Part shown: one piece after another, positions 1 to 12,659 of the stretch
Position numbering within the stretch: the stretch's first letter is position 1
Layout of the letters: every line of letters begins with the position of its first letter
Assembly: GCF_018350175.1 (NCBI RefSeq)
Contig: NC_058368.1
Coordinates: forward strand, 160,148,001-160,212,000
DNA length: 64,000 bases
Direction of reading: 5' to 3'
Source: Felis catus
Lineage: Eukaryota
The notes under the pieces: generated by a model
Databases searched by the model: none
What the model was told of the DNA's origin: nothing
Seen by the model: only the letters and a program-made list of their open reading frames with translations
Position numbers and translations under genes: made by a program

Positions 1-224
1 AATTCCACTCTAAAATGTTAGCAAGTGATTTAAAATATTAAAAAAAACCACACCATAAATACCATAGTGGTCACAGAAAACATGGATATGGGCCCTCTAG
101 GGCACCAGTCCCTAAGCTCCTTTGCAGTTCAAATTCCTGTTTGAACAAACTGATACAAAGTTAAATAACTTGTGTTAGGACACACAGCAAGTCAGAGTAA
201 GAGTCAGTACTAAAACCCAGTCCA

Positions 225-275
225 TTTTCTTTTTATGTTTGTTTATGTATTTTTGAGAAACAGAGGGAAAGGGAG

Positions 276-326
<51 letters not shown>

Positions 327-452
327 CACAAGCTGACTTTGCACTATATGCACAGAGTGCGACTCAGGGCTGGAACCCATGAACTGTGAGATCATAACCT
401 GAGCTGAAATCAAGAGTCAGACACTTAACTGACTGAGCTACTCGGGCGCCCC
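225..452 (-). mobile_element. CanSINE (older carnivore subfamily) with (GA)n tract
   Basis: Reverse complement of the GGGGCGCC.GAGTAGCTCAGTCAGTTAAG tRNA-like head ends at 452; (GA)n at ~279-325; TSD taaaa(c/t)ccagtcc at 211-223 and 454-466. Confidence 0.95.
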
Positions 453-1904
453 ATAAAATCCAGTCCTTTTGAAATTAGCTAACATTCTTTCTATGTCAGG
501 GAAGGAACACTTGGAGATGCACTTTTAAAAATGGGCAAGACTATGGGAAGAAAGAGGGCATCCTGGGCCCCAAATATCCTGCCATCAGCCAAGCCAGGCA
601 GTTCCCAGTTTGAGCAGGAAAGTATTTGGAACTGCACGCAAGGAGAACCGACCGCCCTCTCTATTCCCCAGGAGAGGGGCAGGAAGGGTAAGGGCAAAAG
701 TTCCTGCCATGTGGCCTTTTAAATTCATTTATTCAAGTGTATCTGTTTACTAGCTGCTGTATTCTACATTCTATGGGAAATATAAATATAACAATATGTT
801 TTCTGACTTCCAGAAATGGAAAAATTTAAAAAGTAAAGCTAACATACATTAGACATAGATAAAATGAAGACACTAACTACCGAGCAGCAAATCAGTTCGA
901 CAGTAAGGTTGATTGCCTTCTTAGAATTGATCTTGGCTTTGGGACTGGTTGGAATGAGCCAGGTGGCTTAATAACTCTCCAGGGAAGTTCTACTGAAGGC
1001 TTGTTTCTGATTAGTTTTCTTGTAGCAAGCAGAAACACTTAAAATTATACTGTTAAACTTACTCTATACTCAATATTGTGTTTACCCTGTTAAAATTTAG
1101 ACACTGCAGCATTTAAATATTTGAAGGCATCATTAAGTACTTTGGAGACTGTAGAGAGGTCCCTTCTTACCCATCTTTGTTCTGTCTTCAGACCTTTTCT
1201 TTTCTACATCTACTCCACACGTAGAGGACAACTTTGAAAGAAAAAAAAAATCAAGATGGATTTATTCAAGCAGAGACATGCAAGTCCCTAAGTCATATAC
1301 AAACAGACTTTCTTTAGCTTGGAGGTCTGCTTCCTTTTTCTTACCCTTTCAGGCCTGCGAAACATTTATTTTCTAGACAAACCTTCTATGGACATTATAG
1401 ACTAAGGAGGTGAAGGTGCTGAGAAAGGAAGTTCAGGTGTCAATTAGGCAGACTTGAATGAGCAAGAATACCCAAAGTACTAAACAAAAAAAGAAAATGA
1501 TGTTTGCTACTGCTTCCTAGTTGACAACCAAAATTATTCAGATTTCCCACTACATACTCCAAAAACCCTCTACTTTTAACCACAAACAATTTAACAGGCT
1601 TCCCTTAATAGAAAAAAATTTTCTATTTTTAATAGGTTTTTCTGCTGTAATACATCATACTTCATAATTACTGAGTTTGTGCTACTATCTACTCATGTGC
1701 TGTTTTAGATAAACATAGACATTTTTAGGTAAATGGCTAATGATTTCATTTATATTTTTCTGATACTTGAGTAATATCTAGTTTCTCTGATGCAAGTCTT
1801 AGGTTTGCATGTGAACTAACCACATGCCATATCCTATAATAAATACATAACTCTGAAGTATTCTCATTTGATGATCTTTTCTCTGTCTGATATTTATATA
1901 ACAG

Positions 1905-2095
1905 TGATTTGGATCCACTTGAGGCTGTGTGAACTTAGGCCAGTTACTTAACCTCCTAATGTTTCAGTTTCTTCAATTGAAAATGGGAAAGATAGCAATA
2001 AAATCTTCTCATAAATTGTTGGAAGAATCAAATAAATTAACATTATAAAACATACAAACAGTGCCATATACATTGTAAGTGCTACACACGTTTGT
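1905..2095 (+). mobile_element. MIR fragment
   Basis: MIR core-like gctgtgtgaacttaggccagttacttaacctc...tcagtttcttcaattgaaaatggg and 3' part gtgccatatacattgtaagtgct. Confidence 0.75.
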
Positions 2096-2111
2096 TAAAT
2101 AAATAAAATAC

Positions 2112-2323
2112 GGAGCGCCTGGGTGGCTCAGTAGGTTGTGTGTCCTACTTCAGCTCAGGTCTTGATATCACGGGTTTGTCGGGCCCCGCGTCGGGCTCTG
2201 TGCTGACAACTCAGAGCCTGGAGCCTGCTTTGGATTCTTTCTTTTCTCTCTGCCCCTTCCCCGCTCATGCTCTGTCTGTCTCTGTCTCAAAAATAAATAA
2301 ACACTAACAAAAAAAATTGAAAA
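2112..2323 (+). mobile_element. CanSINE
   Basis: ggagcgcctgggtggctcag head, CT-rich body, AATAAA/A tail; TSD aaataaaatac at 2101-2111 and 2324-2334. Confidence 0.95.
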
Positions 2324-2346
2324 AAATAAAATACTTTTTCCCTCTT

Positions 2347-2539
2347 TTTTTTTTTTTTAATTTTAGAGAGAAAGAGTGCATGTGCAAGTGGGGGAGAGTG
2401 GTAGAGGAAGAAAGAGAATCTTAAGCAGGCTCCATGCTGAGTGTGCCTGATGCAGGGCTCAATCCCGTGGCCCTGGGAGCATGACCTGAGCTGAAATCAA
2501 GAGTTGGATGCTCAACAGACTGAGCCACCCAGCCACCTC
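2347..2539 (-). mobile_element. CanSINE (older, short subfamily)
   Basis: Poly-T tail at the left; gctgaaatcaagagttggatgctcaacagactgagccaccc head; short TSD ccctctt at 2340-2346 and 2542-2548. Confidence 0.92.
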
Positions 2540-2769
2540 AGCCCTCTTCTAAATATATATGCAAACAACTATGTAGCACTGGACTTCTTCTCAACTAATA
2601 GACTAACTTGCTTTCTTCTCTGGTCTTCATTTTTCTTTTTCTACTTCCTATTCTCTTATTAGGCTTCAGAAGAACAAAATAAGAAATTATCTGAAAAGAC
2701 TATCTTGTATATGCCACCTTTTCAAACCTGAGATTACAAATTGTATCAGGTAGCATACTTAGTAAGGAA

Positions 2770-3500
2770 GAGATAGAAGATTCACTTCCATCCCACTGGT
2801 TTAAATTGGCTCACAATGTCATGCACAAAGGCAGAATGGGTGTCAGGGCTAGCTTAACTCAGTGAGCGTAGCTCCATTTCTTTGCACTTTCTCTGACTTT
2901 GTTCCTTTTTTTTTTTTTTTTAATTTTTTTTTCAACTTTTATTTATTTATTTATTTTTGGGACAGAGAGAGAGCATGAATGGGGGAGGGGCAGACAGAGA
3001 GGGAGACACAGAATCGGAAACAGGCTCCAGGCTCTGAGCCATCAGCCCAGAGCCTGACGCGGGGCACGAACCCACGGACCGCGAGATAGTGACCTGGCTG
3101 AAGTCGGACGCTTAACCGACTGCGCCACCCAGGCGCCCCCTGTTCCTTTTAGTACAATGGGTTTTTCTTTAGGCTGACTTGCCTCATGGAGGCAAAATGT
3201 CTTTTGGAAATCTAAGCTGTCTATAGTGGAGCATATAGAAGTTGAGGGGTAGTCTAATTTGCTTTTAAAAACAAAGAAGTTTCTTACCAGAAACATCCAG
3301 AAAACCTTCCTTTATGACTCCCTGGCCCATATTATGTTACAAGCTAATTCCTGAACCAATTTTTGAGGCTAGGGTCCATCAACTTCATTTAAAAAACATT
3401 GATAATGATGTGAGAAGTAGATGGCTGCACAAGAGTGGAATCATGTTAGAAAGATAGAGGAGGAATAGATACTAGTAGAAAATCATTGATGTCTACTACA
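2770..3500. mobile_element. Degenerate MaLR (MLT1-like) LTR interrupted by a SINE
   Basis: Resembles old MLT1 LTR sequence (tcagggctagcttaactcag; cctttatgactccctggcccatattatgttacaagctaattcctgaaccaat); judged from memory only. Confidence 0.4.
2910..3140 (-). mobile_element. Young felid CanSINE
   Basis: CpG-rich, diagnostic GGTGGCGCAGTCGG...CAGCCAGGTCAC...GGGCTGATGGCTCAGAG on the minus strand; TSD tgttcctttt at 2900-2909 and 3141-3150. Confidence 0.97.
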
Positions 3501-3789
3501 TAGGTTATATTCTCTATAGAACGAGAATAGAAATGCATTAGTGTCAGTAATAGATGTCTGAATGAGAAAACAGTTATGGATAGTGCAACCTCAAATTCCA
3601 CAAAGTGGTATTTTAAATTATATGCATCATTTTAAGAATTGTTTTGGTTATTAAGACCAGGCATAATCAAGACTATGTAAGCAACCTTATCTGTCCATGG
3701 TACTGACCCCAGCACCTGTAGTCACACAAATCTACCTGTAGTTTCTGGGCTTATTAAAAAAAAATAATACAGTATTAAATGTTTTTCTC

Positions 3790-5060
3790 TTTATTTTGAA
3801 ATAATTTTAAATTTGTAAAAAATTTGTGAGAACAATGAACTTTTTTGTCTGAATCATTTGAAAGTAAGTTACTGACATGATGCCCATTACACTCCAATAC
3901 TTACTGTCTAATTCCAAAAGCAAGGACATAATACTACCTAAACATTGTATAATTGTCTAAGTCAAGAAATTAATATTACTCCATCACTTCTAGCTTGTTT
4001 CTGGCCCCATTCATGTTTTGACAACTGTCCCAATAATATGCTTTATAGGAAAAAAGATCCAGTCCAGGATCTTATGTTGCATTTAGCTATTTCTCTTCAA
4101 TCTCCTTCAGCCTTGAATCTCACTCATCTTTTACCTTTATGGGCCAGTTATTTGGTAGAATACACCTCAATTTGTTTTAGGCTTCCTCATGATCAGACTC
4201 AGATTATGTATATGTAGCAGGAATATCACAGAATCACAGAAGTGATGGTGCATTCTTTTTATTGCATCCTATCAGGTGGTCTATGATTTTAATTTGTTCC
4301 ATTGTTGGTGATGTTTACTTTGAATTCTTGATTAAAGAGGTGTCCGTCAGGTTTCTTCACTGTAAACTTACTTGATTCTCTTTAAAATTAATATTATTTG
4401 GGAAGAGTTTGTGTGCAGAAGTAGATTGGACTTCAGGGCTAGCTTAATGCAAGTTTTTTTTTTTTGGTAGTTTTTTTTTATTCTTTTAATATGCAATTAT
4501 GTAGATATCCCATTCTTTGTCAAACTTTCACTCATTAGTTTCAGTATCTATTTATATATTTTGCCTGAATTCATTGTGTTATAATGGTAACAGTTGCCAA
4601 ATGTTTGATTTTTCTAATTTAAGCATTCCTTCTATATTTATTAGTTGTCCTTCTGGTGTAAAATTCTTATTTATTTGTTTGTTTGTTTATCTCTTCATTT
4701 ACATTGATATGGACTCACAAATCCCTATTTTGCGAAATGAACTATAAGGTGTTGTGATTATTTATCTTGATGCCCACATTGTTCTTGATTTGGTCAGTAG
4801 AAGTTCCTTCATGCTGGCTTCTGTGTTAATTTGGCATGTCCTTTTCATTCATTGAGTACTTTATTACTTCCCGGCACAAATACTGTTCCAGACTCTTCTT
4901 GTATTTTCCAACTTCAGCTCCAGAATCAGACATCTCTCTAATGGGCCCTGCTTCTTTTAATGGGGAATGGTATTTAGAAACCAAGATTTGGGTGCTGGTT
5001 ATGCTCATTGCTATCGGGTGTCACTATTCCCAGGATCTCTCAGTAGTCAGAGGTAGAGAA
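3790..5060 (-). mobile_element. Old L1 3' region (L1MC4/L1MC5-like)
   Basis: Typical L1MC 3' UTR text (ttattttgaaataatttt...tgacatgatgccc...ttgcatcctatcaggtg...aaaccaagatttgggtgctgg); collinear homology to 44303-45340 in this window. Confidence 0.75.
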
Positions 5061-5195
5061 GATATTTGAGTTCAATATTCTGTCTCTCAATTCAGCATAC
5101 CCCAAATCTAATTTTAGCTTTGTTAGAGGGATATCTCTCTTAATTATGTAGAAAATATTGGATTGCACACAAAATGCTTCCATGAAATGTCCAAC

Positions 5196-5672
5196 TGCAT
5201 TAGTTTCTGATGGCTGCTGTAACAATTTATCAGAAACCTGGTGGTTTAAAATAACACAAATGTGTTCTTGTGGCATTATAAAGGTCAGAAGTCTGAGATC
5301 AGTTTCACTGGATTAAAGTCAAGATGTTGTGAGAGCTGATTTCTTCTAGAGGCTGTGGGGCAGAGTTTGTTGCCATTTTCTAGAGACCATCTATGTTCCT
5401 TGGCTTATGGTCCTTCTTCCATTTTCAAAGCTCATGCCTCCAAATTCTGCTTTCCTCTTCCTGTCTCTGCAATTGGCTTTCTGTCTTTCTGACTCTGATT
5501 CCTGCCTCACTCTTTTTAGGACCCTTTTGATTACCCTGTGTTTACCCAGACAACTGCCTCATTTCAAAAACCTGAATTTAATTCCAGCTACAAACTCCCT
5601 TTTACCATGTAAAGTGACATAGTCATAAGATACAGGAATTATGACATGAACATCTTTGCAGCCATTACCACA
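5196..5672 (-). mobile_element. MaLR solo LTR (MLT1C/D-like)
   Basis: Starts tgcattagtttctgatggctgctgtaaca, contains ggtcagaagtctgagatc, ends ...accaca; TG...CA termini. Confidence 0.8.
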
Positions 5673-5737
5673 CCAACACTCAGTTGGTCTCTTTCCATTT
5701 TCTAACTATTTATATGGCAGAAATTTCACTTTTGAAT

Positions 5738-6100
5738 TGTATTAATCAGGACACTTGCATTTGCAACTGTTACAAAACAACAATAGCTCAATTTGGTGTG
5801 GGCAAAAAAGGACGCTTTATTGGCTTCCATAAATGAAAGTTACAGGCCTATGTTGCAGGCCCCTGATGAATCCAAGGAGTCGCAGATGTTGTCAGGAATC
5901 TTTCTCTCTATCCTTCATTTCTCCTTTCCTTTGCATTTATTCTCAGCCTGCCTTTCATCTCCTGTTGGCAAGATGGCCTCTGCTAGCTCCAGGATTTACT
6001 CGTCCATTTTGGAATTCTGGGACATAGACATGTATTTTCCTCTTTAGTGTCAATAAAATCTAGGGAGTTTCGTTGATTCAACTTTAATGGGACTCTGTAA
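5738..6100 (-). mobile_element. Degenerate MaLR LTR (MLT1J/K/L-like)
   Basis: Starts tgtattaatcaggacacttgcatttgcaactg; contains ggcaagatggcctctgctagctccagg. Confidence 0.55.
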
Positions 6101-6179
6101 ATCAAAATGTTCATTGCTGTTACTGAAACTGTAACCATTTTATATAGTTTTAGTTTATTTACTACTTGATATATTATTA

Positions 6180-6384
6180 TTGTTTTTTAATGTTTTATTT
6201 ATTTTTAAGAAAGAGAGAGCAAGCAAGGGAGGGGCTGGGAGAGAGGGAGACACAGAATCCGAAGCAGGCTCCAGGCTCTGAGCTGTGAGCACAGAGCCTG
6301 ACATGGGGCTCGAACTCACGAACCACGAGATCATGACCTCAGCCAAAGTCAGACGCTTAATTGACTGAGCCACCCAGGTGCCCC
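6180..6384 (-). mobile_element. CanSINE
   Basis: Complete head and tail; 19-bp TSD act(a/g)cttgatatattatta at 6161-6179 and 6385-6403. Confidence 0.97.
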
Positions 6385-6468
6385 ACTGCTTGATATATTA
6401 TTAATTTGCTTATTTATTTGTTTTACTTAACTTTTTCCATCTCCCTCCTCCTTTTTTCCTTCCTTTTA

Positions 6469-6670
6469 TTTTATCTTTTATTTTTTTTTTTATGCTTATT
6501 TATTTTGAGAGAGAGAGCAAGGGAGGGAGAGGGAGAGAAAGAATCCCAAGCAGGGTCCACACTGTCAGTGCAGAGCCTGATGTGGGGCTCGAACTCATGA
6601 ACTGTGAGATCATAACCTGAGTCAAAACCAAGAGTTGGACGCTTAAAAGACTAAGCCACCCAGGCGCCCC
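6469..6670 (-). mobile_element. CanSINE (older subfamily)
   Basis: T-rich tail, agaatcccaagcaggg body, ctaagccacccaggcgcccc head; degenerate pyrimidine-rich TSD. Confidence 0.95.
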
Positions 6671-8458
6671 TCCTTTCTTTCCTTTTAAATATTCTTATTT
6701 CAAAAAGAATCAAATAGTATATCTATAATTCTTAAGTTTCTTTTAACTTTATTTTTACTTGTGTTTGGAGATAAAAATAACTTAGTAAGAAAATATGATC
6801 TTAAGGTTTTTTTGTGGTTGATAACTTTATTATTTAACAATTATTGATTAACTTAATTACTAATTATTACATTTAGTAAATTTGTTTTTCTTAAAATTAT
6901 TTTTATAATCATTTAAGTAAATTGTTTAAAGTTCTTTTTTTATGTGTTAGTGAGTCCTGGGGTGAGAATAGAATGCATAGTGTTAAAGACACTTACACAT
7001 ATAAAAATATGTAAAAAGTGTATTTATATTGAAGAGGTTAAAAGCTTTATGTGCTATTAGCATTTCCTGTGGTGTTGATTTTGGGGGTTTTATGTTGCTG
7101 CTTTCTTTTGTTTCTATAACTGAAAGTTTTATGAAGTGCAAATAGATTTGGGCCACCTACTGATTTCAATAGGTAATGTATGTTGTCTTTACTGGTAGCT
7201 CTTTTTCAGAATTTTCTAGGATCAACATCCTATTTATTTTCAGGAATAAACAAATATCAAATTCAATCAAAACCAAGCTTACTTGAATATTAAGACACAC
7301 TTTTGAAAAACTGAAATTTTTATAAAGAAAGATTTACTAACTTCTAATATTGTTTTTTTAATTGCAAAACTCTTACTGTACTTTTAGTTGGAACTAGACC
7401 AACATGCTTTAATGCCTCTTTAATCAGAATTTGTACTTCTTTGAAAGAGGGAGAAAGAGAAATGGTCACAAAGATGGAATTTAATCAACACTTTTAGACT
7501 GACTGATCTTTACATTATAAAGCTGGAGTCTGCTACTTAACAATGCCTCTTTAGTTGAAGCACCATAATAAAAACTTGTCTTTTTCATATTGTGGATTTC
7601 CAATTGCTATTGACCTACTATGACCATCAAATACTTGTAGCCTAGAGATACTATTATATTTTTTATTTTAAAAATAATACTTTCTTTTGGCTTAGTGTAG
7701 AAGCATTTATTGAAATAGGGGAACAAAGAGAAAGCATACAATCATGAAGCAACTTAGTTTTTATCTCTAGTATTTTTTAAAACCTTTCTATGGAACCAAT
7801 TCTCCTCTTGCCCTGTGGATAAACTTAAGGCTAGTTTCATGACTTTTCAGGTTGCTTTTAGGTCCTCTTATTTCCACGGACAATCTTAGGTCATTCAAAT
7901 ATTTGTTTTCATGAAATAGAATTTTCAAGTTCATTGAAGTTAAAGATTCTCTCCTTCCTTAGATTGTGCCATCAGCTGTGGAAGAAGGAGGCTAGTTAGC
8001 CTTTTTTTTTTCTTCTTCTTCTTCTGAGAGTGCTGCTTCTCCTTTCTCACTCTTGAGGCTGCCTCTTGCTCCTCCTCTAGACTTGAAAGAGGTGTGGGGA
8101 GGGCAGATCTATTTATTGTCACTACTTGTCAGGCATCGATCTTTATTGCTTTCCTCTAGCCATGTCACATGTGTAGGCAAAAGTGTTTTTGTGTGTTCTT
8201 TGGAGAACACCACACCTTCCTTCTTCCATTGTTGGAGATTCTACACCTACATTTCCTTGATGCTAGTGAACACATTTTCTCGATGACTGTTTATAGTTCC
8301 TCTTTCAGCTCTTAGAAATTAAAAGGTTGACTCTCTTCTGGGTTATCTCATGTGGGAAGGCAATCTTTTTGGGCAGGGCAACACCCAGGCCATTTGTCTC
8401 TTGTCAACCTTCCTCCTCCTAATCTCTTCTAATCTTTACCTCCCCTTTCCTCTTGGAT

Positions 8459-8489
<31 letters not shown>

Positions 8490-8952
8490 GGCTGGAGATG
8501 ACAGATTAGCCAAGAGGTCTGTTTGACTTTACATGAATCTGGGATGAGGGAGCAAAACAATTTCTCAGGCACTTTATTTGCAAATTCTGCTTTAAGTGGT
8601 CTTGAAATCCCTTGGGGATATAGGACTGGTACCATCTATATTCTTCAAATCTGAGATATAGAGTCCTGAGATATATTTAAATCTTGTCACAAATAAGAAT
8701 CACTAACTAGTTAAGGACATGATCCATTTCATTTTACTATTCAGGAGCCAGTTATTTGATAGTTGAAGTATGATGTGGGAAATCTATCGATTTTCTCTGC
8801 TACTGTCACTACTGATGACTAAATTTTTGTTATTCCAGTTCCTTTATTAGTAATATTCTAATTGTGTCATGTTGAGATTAGGAAGATTATAGTAGTATAA
8901 ATTGTCTGGACCTAGTGTGGGGCATCTAGTAATTATCTGACAGACATCACAT

Positions 8953-8987
<35 letters not shown>

Positions 8988-9589
8988 CAGGCAGCCATTT
9001 TGTAAGTGCTATTTTCTGTACCTTGTCAGGGGAGAAATTTAGGCTAAAATAAACACTGTTTTGGAATAAAGTTATATTAAAGTTGGAATCTGATTCCCAG
9101 TAGCTATGAAATATCTCATAGGATAAGAGAAAGATGAGTTTCACCTTCCTTGAGTAATATTTTTGTATCAAGTAGGCTGCTCAAGTTTCAAGGCATTTGC
9201 AATATTAGTGCTTGATCAAGTTCATTCAACTCAACAATTAGCCATTATTGGTACTACAGTTTCATTCTTCAACAGTTTGTAAATAACAACAGCTAGTTTA
9301 TAAATATTAGGCATATCATAAAATGCTCACTTACTATCAATATTTTTTTAATGGACTACTAAGAAGCAAGATAAAAATATTGTCATTTTAACAATTAGTT
9401 AAGTAAAAGATACAAATCATAAATATCATATACATACAACCATTAATATACACTTGACTTCAAAATCAAGGCTCCAAAATAGCTTAAAAATTTGTTTTAA
9501 TGTTATACCTCATTTGGTATGCTGTGAAATTTGTACATTATTTCTAGAATTTATCATTTTATATAATTTACATGTGAATATTGTTTAGG

Positions 9590-9965
9590 CCAGCCATTTT
9601 ACCCATAGAAATTTATCCTTAAAAGATACATAAGTATGATGTGTGTGTATGTGTATGTCATTTACTGCATTTTATTTAGTATAGAAAATCAGAAAATACG
9701 TAAATGTTCATTGGTAGATATCAGTTAAATAAAGCAGGATAAATCTATATGATATAATACTTTACAGCCACTAATAACTGACATATATCTGTTTATTCAC
9801 ACTTAAATAACTTCCCAAAATATTGTTAATTGGGGAAAGATAGTCTACAAATTGATGTGGATAGTTTCATTCCATTATTATAAAATAGATAAGTATTTAT
9901 ATATATATGCCTAGAAAATTCTGGAAGGATATACATTAAATTTTTGTAGTGATTACTTCTGAGTT
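9590..9965 (+). mobile_element. Ancient L1ME-like 3' fragment
   Basis: gaaatttatcctta...taaatgttcattggtag...gttaaataaa...ctggaaggatatacattaaa...gtgattacttctg resembles the L1ME3/ME4 3' UTR. Confidence 0.55.
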
Positions 9966-10149
9966 GGTGGGATTGATATACCCATATATATTTCTTTACT
10001 TGGGCCTGAGCATTATGCTAGAAATGGGATACAAAGGAGAAAAAGATGAAGTTGTTGCCTTCATACAGCTTATGTTTTAGACATTAAAAGAATAAACATA
10101 AATAGAGGTATAATGGACTGGGGCAAAGAGTATTTTGATAGGCCATAGC

Positions 10150-10355
10150 TATATGTAATCAATTTTGACATCTTGTATTTTTATTTTCATTATTTCAAAA
10201 CACTTTATTATTTCCTCTTTGAATGTTTTTTGACCCAGGGGTTACTTAGAACTATGCTATTTAAATTCCAAATAATTGGAGATTTTCCAGATATATTTCT
10301 GTTATTGAATTCATATTGAATTCCACCACAGTCATAGAGTATACTTTGTATAACG
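10150..10355 (-). mobile_element. Old L1M fragment
   Basis: ttttgacccaggggttacttagaactatgc...ttctgttattgaattc...gtcatagagtatactttgtat is antisense L1M ORF2-like; similar text at 63495-63711. Confidence 0.55.
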
Positions 10356-10499
10356 TGATTTACAGCTTTTTAAAATGAGAAGTAGTAGATGGGAATTAGT
10401 CTTATTGATTCAGCCTGCTTTCCCCTTAAGACCTTCCTTAACCCTTCTGCCCTTCTTGACAGCCTACTTTCTTCTCCTAAATCAACAATAAATTAATTT

Positions 10500-11208
10500 T
10501 TTTCCCAGTGTACATTCATCCAAGTTAATGGCTGTATGTCACATTGGGGAAAGGACTGGGGGAATCATCATGGTATATAATGGAGGACTTTCTTTATAGG
10601 GTTCTGGCTGTCTTTTCAGTCCCATGGGTTCCAATAACCTACAAATCAGCTCAGGTCCAGGAGCTAAGCAAAGAATTGTACATCTTTATTGGAGCAATCA
10701 CCTTCAGTGTAATATCTTGCTTCTCCACTCTTGCTCCCCCTGGTCCAGGTTATAGGTTAAACAGCATCTTGGTTGGCTGTCAATTTTGCTTGTTGGGACA
10801 CCCAGTTCTCTAAAACTGTCTCAACACCTTGAAGGTCCAGAGACCTTGGCTGCCCCTCTGAATTTGCTGGTCCTCATAATAATTATAGCTGCCTGAAAAT
10901 TACACAACCTTACCTCAATTACATCATGATCCCATCATCTCTTAAGATATATATTTACAAGGGGCACCTGGGTGGCTCAGTTGGTTAAGCGTCCAACTTT
11001 GGCTTAGGCTGTGATCTCATGGTTCATGAGTTTGAGCCCTGCATCAGGCTTTCTGAGGTCAGCACAGAGCTGGCTTCAGATTCCTTGTCCTCCTGTCTCT
11101 TTGTCCCTCCCCTGCTGGTTCTCTCCTCTGAACATAAATAATAAGCCTTTATTTACTTATATATATAAATATATAAATAAGCCATATATATATATATATA
11201 TATATGCC

Positions 11209-11241
<33 letters not shown>

Positions 11242-12410
11242 TATAAAGACTCAGTGAGTTCTGGCCTCACATAGTATTCCTCTTCTACTAGTCTCTATTC
11301 ATTTATGTATTTTATGCTAGGACAAATCAGGCATTTCAGCTTTGTTGACAGTGGCTATAATTTTTTTTTCCAGTCCTCTAAGAGCCATCTGAGAGTGAAT
11401 TAGTCATTCCCTGGAGGTTGCTAAGGTGCTAAATCTCATGTCCCAAGAAAATGTCCCCAAATCAATGAATTCTTGGTTTTCCAGTCTTCTTTTCCTTCCT
11501 GCCTTGATCAAGTACTTTCAAAATTCAATCCTAAAAGTTCTCCATTAGCTTCTGCTGTTCATTGCTGACTAACTCTTGCAACTCTTGAGGTATATCATTA
11601 CTCTCCTCTCTTATCAGATCCATTATGTTTTCAGTCAGGTTCTGTTGAGTTTAATGCCTGGTTATTATCAGCCTGATAGGTCAAATAGGAAATTCCTGAG
11701 GGGAACACAAAATGCATAGTGAGGAGGAAGCCTCTACAGCATCTCCCAGAAAAGCAGAAGTGATAGCCCTGATAGGGAAGAGTGAACCTGTTGTGTAAAT
11801 CCATAAGCTTCAGGGCTTGCAGAGTCAACAGCCTCAGAGGCATCTGTTCAGACCATCCTATCTCATGTTTAAGGGTTTCACATTTCTGCACCAGGAATAT
11901 GACTTTTATATAACACACGTGCATTGGCTGAGCATTCAAATATCCCTGGGACTCTAAGACTAACAACTAGGTCTTTGAAAAACAATCCCAGTCATTGCTA
12001 ATTTGCCATCATTGCACATGCCATAGCACACTCCACTGGGACATTTTCCTAGCTTACTGTTGTGGAAATTTTAACATTTGTGCTGCTACCTGTGTTAAGG
12101 GAAATCTGCGTCTGCCCACTAACCAGGAGGCATCCTATTCAATTGCCATGGCAACCAGTCCAAATCTTGATCTTACTGCCTTTACCTTGGTTTACTTGCA
12201 GTACTGCAGGGCTCATTTGGCTCAGATAAGAAACAGATGACAAGATAGGGTTAAATGTAGAAGAAATTAATTAATTAGAGAAATGCCTGACATCCAACAT
12301 GACCTCAATACTAATGTGACAGTTTCAGGGTGCAGCAGCCAGAGGCCTCAATGATGTGAGGGAGTTAGACTCCCTGTAGTCACATCTGGGAAGCATATTC
12401 TCAGTCCAAC
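10500..12410 (-). mobile_element. Ancient ERVL-type provirus remnant (gag region plus probable LTR), interrupted by a SINE
   Basis: Minus-strand translation of ~11354-11535, read through stops and frameshifts, gives *D*ILKVLDQGRK..RLENQEFIDLGTFSWDMRFSTLA...NSL.RWLLEDWKK, matching the ERV-L gag stretch WEWILRVWDNGGRNI.LDQAEFIDLG.LSRDS.FNV.A...NSL..WL.E.W.KRWPT. Confidence 0.75.
10961..11142 (+). mobile_element. CanSINE, followed by an (AT)n microsatellite to ~11245
   Basis: ggggcacctgggtggctcagttggttaagcgtcc head; ataaataataa tail; no clear TSD. Confidence 0.92.
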
Positions 12411-12659
12411 ACACATGTCAAATGCTAGAAGAAGTAAGTTCTGAATACATTTTTATTTTGAAATCTGTATAGGTGATATTAAGCATGTGTCTATTTTAGA
12501 AACAATGGTGAGGAATGAAATGAAAAAGGTAGATTCAAATGTAGAAAAAATTAACCTTGGGTCACATAGATATTTTAGGAGTAGTAAATTGGGAATTACA
12601 TGGACAAAAAAGTGGCCAGAAAAGTCAGAAAAACAAACAAACACAACAGATAATGTGGC

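Noticed and set aside
2112..2190. tRNA genes suggested by A-box/B-box motifs (GTGGCTCAGT.GG...GTTCGAGCCC)
   Set aside because: These are the tRNA-derived heads of SINEs, followed by SINE body and A tail; they do not form a complete cloverleaf.
3790..5060. Segmental duplication between 3790-5060 and 44303-45340
   Set aside because: Similarity is patchy and confined to L1MC sequence, so these are independent copies of one old family.
7940..8122. Lys/Glu-rich minus-strand ORF (EEEQEAASRVRKEKQHSQKKKKKKKR) as an exon or retrocopy
   Set aside because: The charge run comes from a T/(TTC)n low-complexity tract; no recognisable protein or splice signals. A BLASTX search would settle it.
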